Virus record (IMG/VR): IMGVR_UViG_3300005439_000018
Location: 13,297 to 77,296 of that record
Length of the DNA: 64,000 nucleotides
Source: a virus
Taxonomy: Duplodnaviria; Caudoviricetes
Reading direction: 5' to 3' (one strand)
Shown here: piece after piece, positions 1 to 8,612 of the stretch
Layout: every line of letters starts with the position of its first letter
Position numbering within the stretch: position 1 is the stretch's first letter
The notes under the pieces: model-generated
Told to the model about the DNA's origin: nothing
The model's input: only the letters and a program-made list of their open reading frames with translations
Database searches by the model: none
Position numbers and translations under genes: made by a program

Positions 1-38
1 TGTAGTGTAGCGGCCTAACACATTAACCCGGACAGCCG
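1..38 (+). ncRNA. Probable 3' end of a tRNA-like Y RNA (YrlA type), cut by the window edge
   Basis: TA-GTGT-AGCGGCCTA-ACAC forms a tRNA D arm, but no anticodon or T arm follows. It ends in CGGACAGCC, which would pair with a Y-RNA-type GGCUGUCCG 5' end. It lies just upstream of Ro60. Confidence 0.45.
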
Positions 39-58
39 CCCCCTCACCGGCCCTCCAA

Positions 59-136
59 GGTCCTGTAGCTCAGCGCGGTTAGAGCATCCGCCCGTCAAGC
101 GGAAGGTCGCCGGTTCAACCCCGGTCAGGATCGCCA
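59..136 (+). tRNA. tRNA-Asp(GTC) with encoded CCA
   Basis: Cloverleaf: acceptor GGTCCTG/CAGGATC, D stem GCTC/GAGC, anticodon stem TCCGC/GCGGA with loop CCGTCAA, T stem GCCGG/CCGGT with loop TTCAACC, then G-CCA. Confidence 0.9.
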
Positions 137-257
137 GCCCCCCGGAAGAGCAGAAGCGCACCCCGCCCAACCACTTGCCCGGGGTTATCCTCGTTCAACC
201 GGGGGGCTGCACCGCCCCAAGATCGCCCGTGCACCACACGAGCCGAAAGGCAGTACC

Positions 258-1943
258 ATGGACGCCCTGAGCGCGTACCACTCGTTCGCCCGCAACACCC
301 CGCAGTCCCACCCGATCCCGGGCCGCGAGACCGAGATGGCCCGCAACGGCGCCGGTGGCTTCTCCTTCACCAAGGACGTGTGGACCCGGCTGGGGGACTT
401 CCTGATCCTGGGCACTGAGGGCGGCACCTACTACGCCGACGAGCGCAGCCACACCATCTCGAACGTCGCGGTGGTCCGCCAGGCCCTGGAGCTGGACGGA
501 TCCCGCGCCGTCGCCCTGGCCGTCGAGATCTCCACCGCCCGCCCGGCCCGCGCCCCCAAGCCGTACCCGGCCCTGTACCTGGTCGCCGCCGCCCTGGCCA
601 CCGGCGACCTGGACGCCCGCCGGGCCGCCGCCGACGCCGTCCCCCGGGTCGCCCGCACCACCGATCACCTGTCCCACCTGTTCGGCTACTACAAGACCCT
701 GAAGGGTCGGCCGGGCAGGGGTGGTGTGGGTCTGGCCGCGCCGTCCAGCGTGGTCGTCCGCCGGGCCTGGGCCAACTGGTTCACCCAGGCGCCCCCGGAC
801 ACGGTGGCCCACAAGATCCTGAAGGCCGGTCAGCGCAAGACCGGCGACGGCGAGGCGTTCACGCCCGGCGACCTGCTGCGCATCGCCCACCCGCGTCCGG
901 CCAACCCGGTCCAGGAGGCGGTGTTCCAGCTGGCCCTGGGCCGCAAGACGCCCATGGAGGTCTCGGGATTCCTGGCCTCGGCCAAGGCGTTCTACGAGGC
1001 CAACCGCGTCACCACCACGGCCGAGGCGGTCCGCGCCATCAACGCCTACCACGTCCCGTGGGAGTTCCTGCCGGACGCGGTGCTGAAGTCCCCCGACGTG
1101 TGGGAGGCCCTGGTGCCCCACCTGGGCATGACCGCCCTGATCCGCAACCTGTCCCGCATGACCACCATCGGTACCCTCGGCCCCTTCCGCCAGTCCAACG
1201 GCCGGGTGGCCAAGCGCCTGCGCAACCCGTCCGAGCTGGCCCAGGGCCGGATCCACCCGTTCGACCTGCTGCTGGCCCACCGGGTCTACTCGTCCGGCCG
1301 GGCCCAGCCCCACCCGAACGCCCCGGTGCGCACCTGGAGCCCGGTGGGGGAGGTGGTGCGCGCGCTGTCCGACGCCTACTCGCTGGCGTTTGCCAGCGCC
1401 GAGCGCACCGACGCCCGGATGGTGATCGCCGTCGACGGGTCCGGGTCCATGATGAACTACCGGATCCAGCACGGCGGGTCGTCCCTCGGGTCGGCCTACC
1501 ACGTCTGCTCGGCGGTCGCGGCGATGCTGGCGGGCACCTGCTCGGACCAGACCTGGCTGATGGAGTTCGACAGCCGCCCGCGCCCGTCCCAGGTCCACCC
1601 CGGGATGTCGCTGTCGGAGGTCTTCTCCAAGCGGTGCGGCGGCGGCGCCACCGACCTGGCGGCCCCGGTCGGGTGGGCGCTGGCCAACGGGGTGGTCACC
1701 GACCTGTTCGTGCTGCTGACCGACGGGGAGACCTGGGCCGGTCAGCGCCACGCCTCCCAGGTGCTGGCCGAGTACCGGGCCCGGTACAACCCGAACGCCC
1801 GGCTGGTGATCGCCTCGACCACTGCCGCCGGTTACTCGGTCGGCGACCCGCGCGACCCCGGCGTCCTGAACATCGCCGGGTTCGACTCGGCGGTCCCCAC
1901 CCTGGTCAACGGGTTCGCCCGCGCCTCCCGGGCCGCCCTGTGA
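258..1943 (+). CDS. rsr: Ro60/Rsr TROVE-domain RNA-binding protein
   Basis: N-terminal NGAGGFSF...RLGDFLILGTEGGTYYA and C-terminal vWA MIDAS motifs (VDGSGSM, GGGATD, LTDGET). Confidence 0.95.
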   Translation: MDALSAYHSFARNTPQSHPIPGRETEMARNGAGGFSFTKDVWTRLGDFLILGTEGGTYYADERSHTISNVAVVRQALELDGSRAVALAVEISTARPARAPKPYPALYLVAAALATGDLDARRAAADAVPRVARTTDHLSHLFGYYKTLKGRPGRGGVGLAAPSSVVVRRAWANWFTQAPPDTVAHKILKAGQRKTGDGEAFTPGDLLRIAHPRPANPVQEAVFQLALGRKTPMEVSGFLASAKAFYEANRVTTTAEAVRAINAYHVPWEFLPDAVLKSPDVWEALVPHLGMTALIRNLSRMTTIGTLGPFRQSNGRVAKRLRNPSELAQGRIHPFDLLLAHRVYSSGRAQPHPNAPVRTWSPVGEVVRALSDAYSLAFASAERTDARMVIAVDGSGSMMNYRIQHGGSSLGSAYHVCSAVAAMLAGTCSDQTWLMEFDSRPRPSQVHPGMSLSEVFSKRCGGGATDLAAPVGWALANGVVTDLFVLLTDGETWAGQRHASQVLAEYRARYNPNARLVIASTTAAGYSVGDPRDPGVLNIAGFDSAVPTLVNGFARASRAAL

Positions 1944-2308
1944 CCCGCCGCACCAGGTACGAGTACGCCGACCCGGACGACTGGTCGACCCGCCGCACGG
2001 TCGAGATCGACCAGTGGGAGGGCAACTGGTCCGGCCAGGGCCCGGTCGACATGACCGGCCGCCCGATCCAGCCTGGCGACTGGGTGGCCAAGGTCTACCA
2101 GTCGGGACGCTCCGCCAACATGGAGGTCCGGCAGGTCCGCGAGGTGCGTCCCGCCCGTCCCCGCAAGGACTGGCGGGGGGAGGTGGTGCAGGACCCCACT
2201 CCCCGGGTGTACCTGTCCGACAGCAAGACCCCCGTCGACTACCCCGGCCGCATGCTGGTGGTCCCGTGGGACCCGGCCGGTGGCCGGGTCCCGGGCCTGA
2301 ACCCCTGA
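1940..2308 (+). CDS. Hypothetical protein
   Basis: GTGA overlap with the Ro60 stop; phage-like codon usage. Confidence 0.65.
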   Translation: MTRRTRYEYADPDDWSTRRTVEIDQWEGNWSGQGPVDMTGRPIQPGDWVAKVYQSGRSANMEVRQVREVRPARPRKDWRGEVVQDPTPRVYLSDSKTPVDYPGRMLVVPWDPAGGRVPGLNP

Positions 2309-2483
2309 ACCACACGGGCCGCCGACTTCGGACGGGCGGCGGCCCCGACCCGCTGCGGTGGCGCCTTGGCCGGGAGCCCGCAGCGGGGGCGCAGGGGTTC
2401 CAGCCCCTGCGCCCGCCGACCCCGCCCCGACTGATCCGGGGCGGGGTCGGCCCCTGTCCGACGCCGAGTTCCCCCTCGCCCGC

Positions 2484-2513
2484 TTGACAGCCGGGCAAGC
2501 TCCCGGCTAGACT
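2484..2513 (+). promoter_or_regulatory. Sigma-70-type promoter, leaderless start of the helicase
   Basis: TTGACA-N18-TAGACT with the ATG 7 nt after the -10 box. Confidence 0.8.
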
Positions 2514-2519
2514 CGTCCC

Positions 2520-4475
2520 ATGACGATAAAGACCTGGGACGAGGCGGAGGCCAAGTTCGCAGCCGCCTGGCCCACCTTCCAGCCCCGCCCCCAGCAGCGC
2601 CTGATGGCCCAGTCGGTGGCCCGCTGCTGGTCCGGCAACGCCAACCACCCCCGGCTGCTGGCCCAGGCCGGGTGCGGTGTCGGCAAGTCGGTCGGCTACC
2701 TGGTCCCCACCATCGCCTCCGGCCGCCGGGCCGTGGTCGCGGTCTCGACCAAGGCCCTCCAGGACCAGGTGTACCTCAAGGACCTCCCCATGCTGAAGCA
2801 GGTCCTGTTCCCGGACCTGACCTTCGCGGTCCTAAAGGGCCGGTCCAACTACGTGTGCGCCCGGGCCTGCGACAAGAACTCGATACCCTACCAGGTCCAG
2901 CCCGGCTCGAACGGGGAGCGCGGCGACCTGGTGACGCCGGTGACCGACGACCAGTGGCGCAGCATGTCGGTGGACGCCGACGGCTGCATCGGCCGCAAGC
3001 AGTGCCCCTTTGCCGACCAGTGCTTCAGCGAGCGCGCCAAGCGCCTCGCGGCCGAGGCCCAGGTCGTGGTGGTCAACACCTCGCTGCTGACCCAGCACCT
3101 GAAGCTGGCCCTCACCACCTCCGGCAACGCCTCGATGCTGGGCGACGTCCAGGCCGTGGTGGTCGACGAGGCCCACGAGATGCCCGACATCGTGGCCTCC
3201 GGCCTGTCCACCCGCGTCACGATGCACCGCCTGACCGACACCCTGTCCAGGCTGGCCTACCACCTGACCGCCAAGGACGTCCCGGTGCGGGTCGCCCGCG
3301 CCACCGAGCTGGCCGCCAGCTTCTTCAACGGGGCCGCCGCCTGGTTCCAGGCCCAGGACGAGGACCTGCGCACGGCCGACCTGGCCGACGACGACCGCAA
3401 GGCCCTGGGCCCCCTGATCGACGAGCTGGCCTACCTGTCGGCCCAGTCCGGCAAGGCGATGTGCAGCTGCGAGCCGGTGTTCGACAACGACACCGGTGAG
3501 GAGCGCCTGCTGTGCGAGTACGCGCGCCGCACCTCGTCGCTGCTGTCCGACGTCGCCGACTTCGCCGACGACACCCCCGGCCACAGCGTGGTGTGGATGG
3601 AGTACAACGGGCGCCAGGTCGCCCTGTGCGCCGCCCCCGCCGAGGTCGGCGGCTTCCTGGACTCGGCCCTGTGGAACCCCGACTGGCAGCGCCAGCCCAC
3701 CAAGGCCGTCCTGTGCTCGGCCACCCTGGCCGTCGGCGGCGACGCCTCCTACCTGGCCTCCCGGCTCGGGATCTCCGGCTACGACTGGGAGGACGTCGGC
3801 ACCCCGTTCGACTACAAGACCCAGGCCCGCCTGTACCTGGCCCCGGCCTCCGCCCCCAACCCCGCCAAGCAGTACGCGGACTGGAAGCGCTGGGCGCAGG
3901 ACGAGATGTACGGCCTGATAGACGCGGCGGGGGGTGGTGCGCTGCTGCTGTTCACCAGCTCCGCCGCCATGAGGGAGGCCCACCAGGCCCTGGCGCCGCG
4001 TCTGCGGCGGCGCCGACTGGGTGCCTACCTCCAGGGCGACGGCCTGGACAACCGCCAGCTTGCGGCCCGGTTCGCGGCCGACACCGACGGCGTCCTGTTC
4101 GCCACCCGCTCGTTCATGACCGGCGTCGACTTCGCCGGTAGCACCTGCCGCCTGGTGGTGGTCGACAAGATGCCGTTCCCGGTCCCCACCGAGCCCGTGT
4201 TCAAGGCCCGGTGCGAGGCCGCCGACAGGCGCTGGGGCGAGAAGGCCTCCTTCCGCAAGGTCTCGGTGCCCGACATGTCGATGGTCCTCATGCAGGCCGC
4301 CGGGCGCCTGATCCGCACCGTCGAGGACCGGGGCGTGGTCGCCATACTGGACCCCCGCCTGCGCGCGGGCTGGGCCCTGTCCATCCGCCGCTCCCTGCCC
4401 CCGGCGCCCCTGGTGGGCGCCGTGGACGACGTCCGCGACTTCTTCGCGGCGCTCCCGGCGGGAGTGGCCGCGTGA
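2520..4475 (+). CDS. DinG/YoaA-family ATP-dependent helicase
   Basis: Q motif (RPQQ), Walker A QAGCGVGKS, STKALQDQ, Cys cluster, DEAH, KMPF, QAAGRLIR. Confidence 0.92.
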   Translation: MTIKTWDEAEAKFAAAWPTFQPRPQQRLMAQSVARCWSGNANHPRLLAQAGCGVGKSVGYLVPTIASGRRAVVAVSTKALQDQVYLKDLPMLKQVLFPDLTFAVLKGRSNYVCARACDKNSIPYQVQPGSNGERGDLVTPVTDDQWRSMSVDADGCIGRKQCPFADQCFSERAKRLAAEAQVVVVNTSLLTQHLKLALTTSGNASMLGDVQAVVVDEAHEMPDIVASGLSTRVTMHRLTDTLSRLAYHLTAKDVPVRVARATELAASFFNGAAAWFQAQDEDLRTADLADDDRKALGPLIDELAYLSAQSGKAMCSCEPVFDNDTGEERLLCEYARRTSSLLSDVADFADDTPGHSVVWMEYNGRQVALCAAPAEVGGFLDSALWNPDWQRQPTKAVLCSATLAVGGDASYLASRLGISGYDWEDVGTPFDYKTQARLYLAPASAPNPAKQYADWKRWAQDEMYGLIDAAGGGALLLFTSSAAMREAHQALAPRLRRRRLGAYLQGDGLDNRQLAARFAADTDGVLFATRSFMTGVDFAGSTCRLVVVDKMPFPVPTEPVFKARCEAADRRWGEKASFRKVSVPDMSMVLMQAAGRLIRTVEDRGVVAILDPRLRAGWALSIRRSLPPAPLVGAVDDVRDFFAALPAGVAA

Positions 4476-4771
4476 GCACCCTCATACCCCCGTCGTTCCC
4501 GGCGCGATTCCAGTGCGTCGGGGGCGCGGTGGTCACCACCACAGCCGCCCCCGGCCCCGTCGGCCGGGACTTCTCCCTGTCCTGCAACGGCTGCGGCCTG
4601 ACCTACTCCTGCTCGACCGCCGCCACCTGCCGCAACTGGCGCCGCACCCGGGGCCGCCGCCACCTGATGAGCCCCGCCGAGGTCGCCCACTTCGAGGGCC
4701 TGTCCTGGAACGTGGTCCACACCGTCGCCAACCAGCACGCGGCCCAGTGCCGACAGACCCCCATCACCTGA
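4472..4771 (+). CDS. Cys-rich hypothetical protein
   Basis: GTGA overlap; CxxC motif. Confidence 0.6.
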   Translation: MSTLIPPSFPARFQCVGGAVVTTTAAPGPVGRDFSLSCNGCGLTYSCSTAATCRNWRRTRGRRHLMSPAEVAHFEGLSWNVVHTVANQHAAQCRQTPIT

Positions 4772-4782
4772 CCGGAGGAACG

Positions 4783-5055
4783 ATGACCGACCTTCTCGAA
4801 CTGTCCCAGATGATCTTCCTGTCGGCCTCCGGCGAGCCCGCCGACCTGGACCACGGCGGTATCTCGGTCATCCGGGCCCAGACGGCCCAGCGGTATCCCG
4901 ACCGCAACAACATGCTGTGGGACGTGGCCAAGCGCTGGCACCGCGACCCCGACGGATCGGCCGCCCGCATGCGCGACTGCCTGACCGTGGCCATCGGCTA
5001 CCTGGACGACCAGCAGCTGGCCGACACCGTCTGGCGCCACCTGTTCAATGGCTGA
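4783..5055 (+). CDS. Hypothetical protein
   Basis: GGAGG RBS before the ATG. Confidence 0.65.
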   Translation: MTDLLELSQMIFLSASGEPADLDHGGISVIRAQTAQRYPDRNNMLWDVAKRWHRDPDGSAARMRDCLTVAIGYLDDQQLADTVWRHLFNG

Positions 5056-5875
5056 CCGGGGGGAGGGTGGTGCAGCCGACCACGGCGACGTCCGGCGGTT
5101 CTTTACCGGGTGCCGGTGCCTGCGGTGCCGGGCGGCCAACGCCGACTACCGGCAGGACGTCGCCCGCCGGAAGGCGTACGGTACCTGGAACCCGTTCGTC
5201 GACGCGGGGCCGGTCCGGGACCACGTGCGCAGGATGATGGATACCTACGGCTGCGGCACCTACCTGATATCCACCCTGGCCGGGGTGTCCTCGTCCCAGG
5301 TCCAGCACCTGCTGGGCATGGGGCAGCGGGACGGCACCCGGACGGCCGCCAAGATCCGGACCGAGACCGCTGCCCGGCTGCTGTCGGTCCGGGTCAGCCT
5401 GGACGTGCTGCCCCCCGCCCAGCCGGTCAGCCCGCTGGGGTCCCGCCGCCGCCTGCATGCGCTGATCGCGGTCGGCTGGCCGCGCAAGCACCTGGCCACC
5501 CGGTATGGCTTGGACGACAACCGGTTCTTTATGCTGGAGCGCAGGCCCAGCACCCTGGCCGACACCGCTCGCTGGGTCCGCCGCATGTACCTGGACCTCC
5601 AGGGCCTGGTGCCCGAGCACAACGGGGTGAGACTGCAGACCGCCGTTACCGCCCGCAGCCTGGCCGCCGACCGTGGCTGGCCGCCGCCCCACTGCTGGGA
5701 CGACGACACCATCGACTTCGCGGAGACCATCCCGGACTGGACCGGCCTGTGCGGTACCTGGCAGGGCGCCGAGCTGCACCGGAAGCGGGGGATCCTGCCC
5801 AAGTGCCCGCCCTGCGTCGGCGCGGCCCGCGAGCACCGGGCCGAGCTTCGCGCGGCCCGAAACGCGGTGGTGTGA
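5048..5875 (+). CDS. Putative HTH/zinc-binding DNA-binding protein
   Basis: CRCLRC N-terminus, an HTH-like segment, and a C-terminal CGT...H...CPPC motif common in actinophage proteins. Confidence 0.65.
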   Translation: MADRGEGGAADHGDVRRFFTGCRCLRCRAANADYRQDVARRKAYGTWNPFVDAGPVRDHVRRMMDTYGCGTYLISTLAGVSSSQVQHLLGMGQRDGTRTAAKIRTETAARLLSVRVSLDVLPPAQPVSPLGSRRRLHALIAVGWPRKHLATRYGLDDNRFFMLERRPSTLADTARWVRRMYLDLQGLVPEHNGVRLQTAVTARSLAADRGWPPPHCWDDDTIDFAETIPDWTGLCGTWQGAELHRKRGILPKCPPCVGAAREHRAELRAARNAVV

Positions 5876-6495
5876 TGTCCCCCATGAGGATCCACTACGA
5901 CTGCGAGTTCCGGGAGAACGGGCGCGTCATCGACCTGATCTCGATCGGCCTGGTCCGCGACGACGGTACCAGCTACTACGCGGTCAGCAGCGAGTTCGAC
6001 CTGTTGGGGCTGGCGCGCGATCCCTGGCTGTCCGAGTACGTCTGGCCGCAGCTGCCCAAGGTCGGCGGCGACCAGCGCATGTACGCCCTGGCCAGCGTCC
6101 CGCTGCGGGCCCGCTGGTCCCGCCGCGAGTACCTGCACCGCTACCACACCATGCGCGCGGTCTTCGACTGGGAGAGCCCCCTGGTGAAGGACCGCGCCGC
6201 CATCCGCAACGGCGTCCTGGAGTTCGTCCGGGCCACCCCCTCGCCCGAGCTGTGGTCCTGGTACGGCGCCTATGACCACGTCGCCCTGGCCCAGCTGTGG
6301 GGCCGGATGGTCGACCTGCCCCCGGGCGTCCCGATGTTCACCCACGAGCTCCAGCAGCGCGCCGACGCCCTGGGGTGGTCCGTGCCGGACCAGCCCCGGC
6401 ACGGCCAGCACCACGCACTGACCGACGCCCACTACCACAGGAAGGTGGCCCACATGATGGACGAGTACGAGGCCCGGCGGGGAGGGGTGGTGTGA
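5875..6495 (+). CDS. DEDDh 3'-5' exoribonuclease (Rv2179c/RNase AS-like)
   Basis: YDCEF, LISIGLV, YYAVS, WYGAYDHV and HHALTDA motifs. Confidence 0.85.
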   Translation: MSPMRIHYDCEFRENGRVIDLISIGLVRDDGTSYYAVSSEFDLLGLARDPWLSEYVWPQLPKVGGDQRMYALASVPLRARWSRREYLHRYHTMRAVFDWESPLVKDRAAIRNGVLEFVRATPSPELWSWYGAYDHVALAQLWGRMVDLPPGVPMFTHELQQRADALGWSVPDQPRHGQHHALTDAHYHRKVAHMMDEYEARRGGVV

Positions 6496-6851
6496 TGCGC
6501 GACGAGCCGCGCGGCCCCAACCCGGCCGTCCGGGTGTACTTCCACTACCCGGCCGCGCCCGGCGAGACGGACGAGGAGTACGGCACCCCGGTCGCCACCC
6601 ACCGGCTGTACGTCAACGGCCCGCAGATGGACGGCACCTGGGAGACCGCCCACCCGCCGCAGGTGGGGGACGAGATCGTCCTGCACGACCAGCAGAAGCG
6701 CACCACCCACATCCTGTGGCGGGTCGTGCGGCGCCAGTGGATGCCCGCCTCGTTCCTGTCGGTGAACTGGCCGGTCCTGGAGCCCCACCAGAAGACGCCC
6801 CTGTGGCTCAACGTCCTGCTGGAGCCGGTCGAGGACGGGGGTATCCTGTGA
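6495..6851 (+). CDS. Hypothetical protein
   Basis: TGATG coupling to the RNase gene. Confidence 0.65.
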   Translation: MRDEPRGPNPAVRVYFHYPAAPGETDEEYGTPVATHRLYVNGPQMDGTWETAHPPQVGDEIVLHDQQKRTTHILWRVVRRQWMPASFLSVNWPVLEPHQKTPLWLNVLLEPVEDGGIL

Positions 6852-7849
6852 CCCGCCTCGGTACCGACATCTCCAGCTACCAGGACGGCCTGGACTTGGC
6901 CGACCTGAAGTTCGCCAAGTTCGTGATCGCCAAGTGCAGCCAGGGCACCGGCTACACCGACGCGAACTACAGGGGCTGGCGGGCCCAGGCCCGGCAGCTC
7001 CGGCTGCCGTTCGGCTGGTACCACTTCCTGGAGAAGGGCAACACCGGCGCCCAGGTCGCCCACACCCTGGCCTGTGTCGGCGGGGCCGACGCCGGACTGC
7101 CCGGCATGCTGGACGTCGAGCCCTACAACGACAGCCGTCCCGGTGTTGCTGACGTGCTGGACTACGCCCTCGCCGCCGAGAAGGCGGGCCTGAACCTGAA
7201 GCTGGTCTACTTCCCGCACTGGTACTGGGCCGAGCTGGGCAGCCCCGACCTGTCCGCTCTGACCAAGTTCGGCCTGACCCTGGTGGCCAGCTCCTACCCG
7301 GGCGGGGTCAACGATCCGGCCAGCCTCTACCCGGGCGACCGGTTCTCCGGCTGGAACAGCTACGGCGGTGCGGCCCCCGGCGTGCTCCAGTACACCAGCA
7401 CCGCCAGCGACGGCGGCTACAGGCTCGACTACAACGCGATCCGCGACGACAGCGTGTTCAACGCCATATTCACCCAAGGAGCTCCCGACATGACCCTGGC
7501 CCCCGACGAGCGCGACTGGCTCAACAACCTGTACTCCGCCGCCTTCCGGGGCGGCCCGTCCTGCGGGCGGCCCGTCCCGTCCGGGCACGCGGGCGCCTCC
7601 GAGGGCGGCGGCAACAGCATCTTCGCCCACCTGGACTACCTGACCGAGCTGCTGGAGTCCCTGGCGGCCCGCCCGGCGGGTGCCCCGGTGGATGTCCCGG
7701 CGCTGGCTGCCGCCCTGGTCTCCAAGCTCGACGTGGCCAACCTGGCGGCCCAGATCGCCACCCACATCGACACGTCCCCGGGCTACACCGCCGAGTCCCT
7801 GGCCGACGTCGCCATCAAGGCGTTCGCCGCCCAGCTGGCCAAGCCGTGA
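6848..7849 (+). CDS. Endolysin, GH25 muramidase
   Basis: GTDISSYQ, KCSQGTGY, GWYHF, MLDVE, LQYTS...DYN. Confidence 0.88.
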   Translation: MTRLGTDISSYQDGLDLADLKFAKFVIAKCSQGTGYTDANYRGWRAQARQLRLPFGWYHFLEKGNTGAQVAHTLACVGGADAGLPGMLDVEPYNDSRPGVADVLDYALAAEKAGLNLKLVYFPHWYWAELGSPDLSALTKFGLTLVASSYPGGVNDPASLYPGDRFSGWNSYGGAAPGVLQYTSTASDGGYRLDYNAIRDDSVFNAIFTQGAPDMTLAPDERDWLNNLYSAAFRGGPSCGRPVPSGHAGASEGGGNSIFAHLDYLTELLESLAARPAGAPVDVPALAAALVSKLDVANLAAQIATHIDTSPGYTAESLADVAIKAFAAQLAKP

Positions 7850-8484
7850 CCCCCGCGATCGAGAAGGGGGCCCGGGTCCGGGGTACCCACCCCTCCCGTG
7901 CCGGTCGTCTGGGCACCGTCCAGGACGCCGAGACCGGGCGCGGGCACGAGCTGTTCCACGTCCGCTGGGACGACCCCGGCATGGACGACGAGTGGGTCGA
8001 GCGCATCTTCCTGTCGGCCGACGGTGTCCCCGCCGAGACCCTGTCTCGGCAGCCCGACCCGCTGCCCGAGCGCCCCGGCCTTCCCCACGTCGCCGACCTG
8101 GTGGTCGACCGCATCCGGGCGCGCAAGGCCGCAGGCCTGCGCGAGTACGGCGTCCCGCTCCAGCCGCACAACGGGCGGGACGCCCTGGGCGACCTGCTCG
8201 ACGAGCTGCTGGACGGCGCCCACTACCTCACCCAGGCCATCTACGAGCGCGACAACCCCCGCCGCATCACCGACGGGCAGATGGCCCGCCTGCGGGCGAT
8301 CGGCGACCGCCAGGCCGAGTTCGACCTGCGCCCCGCCCTCGCGCAGGGTGTCAACCGGGTGGAGCTGCACCGCGACATCCGGTTCCTGCTCGACCTGGTC
8401 TGGGGCGCCCTGCTCCCGCACCTGGAACCCGTCTGGGGCGACAGTGTGCCGGGAGAGCCCTCCGTGGCCCCTCGGAGGCGCTGA
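7846..8484 (+). CDS. SH3-like domain fused to an all-alpha (MazG-like) nucleotide pyrophosphatase-like domain
   Basis: YGVPLQPHNGRDALGDLLDELLDGAHYL acidic helix motif; N-terminal RVRG...GTV...VRWD. Confidence 0.5.
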   Translation: MTPAIEKGARVRGTHPSRAGRLGTVQDAETGRGHELFHVRWDDPGMDDEWVERIFLSADGVPAETLSRQPDPLPERPGLPHVADLVVDRIRARKAAGLREYGVPLQPHNGRDALGDLLDELLDGAHYLTQAIYERDNPRRITDGQMARLRAIGDRQAEFDLRPALAQGVNRVELHRDIRFLLDLVWGALLPHLEPVWGDSVPGEPSVAPRRR

Positions 8485-8531
8485 GAGACCGACCACGGGC
8501 GCGGGGCCCCGGCCCCCGCCGCGAGAGACCG

Positions 8532-8553
8532 GAAGGCCCCTGCGGGGGCCTTC
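8532..8553 (+). terminator. Probable intrinsic terminator
   Basis: GAAGGCCCC-TGCG-GGGGCCTTC hairpin after the operon. Confidence 0.55.
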
Positions 8554-8612
8554 TGCGTGTGTTACGCTCGGTGTACGCCTGACCCGCTCCCGACGGCGAC
8601 CCGGAGAACCCC

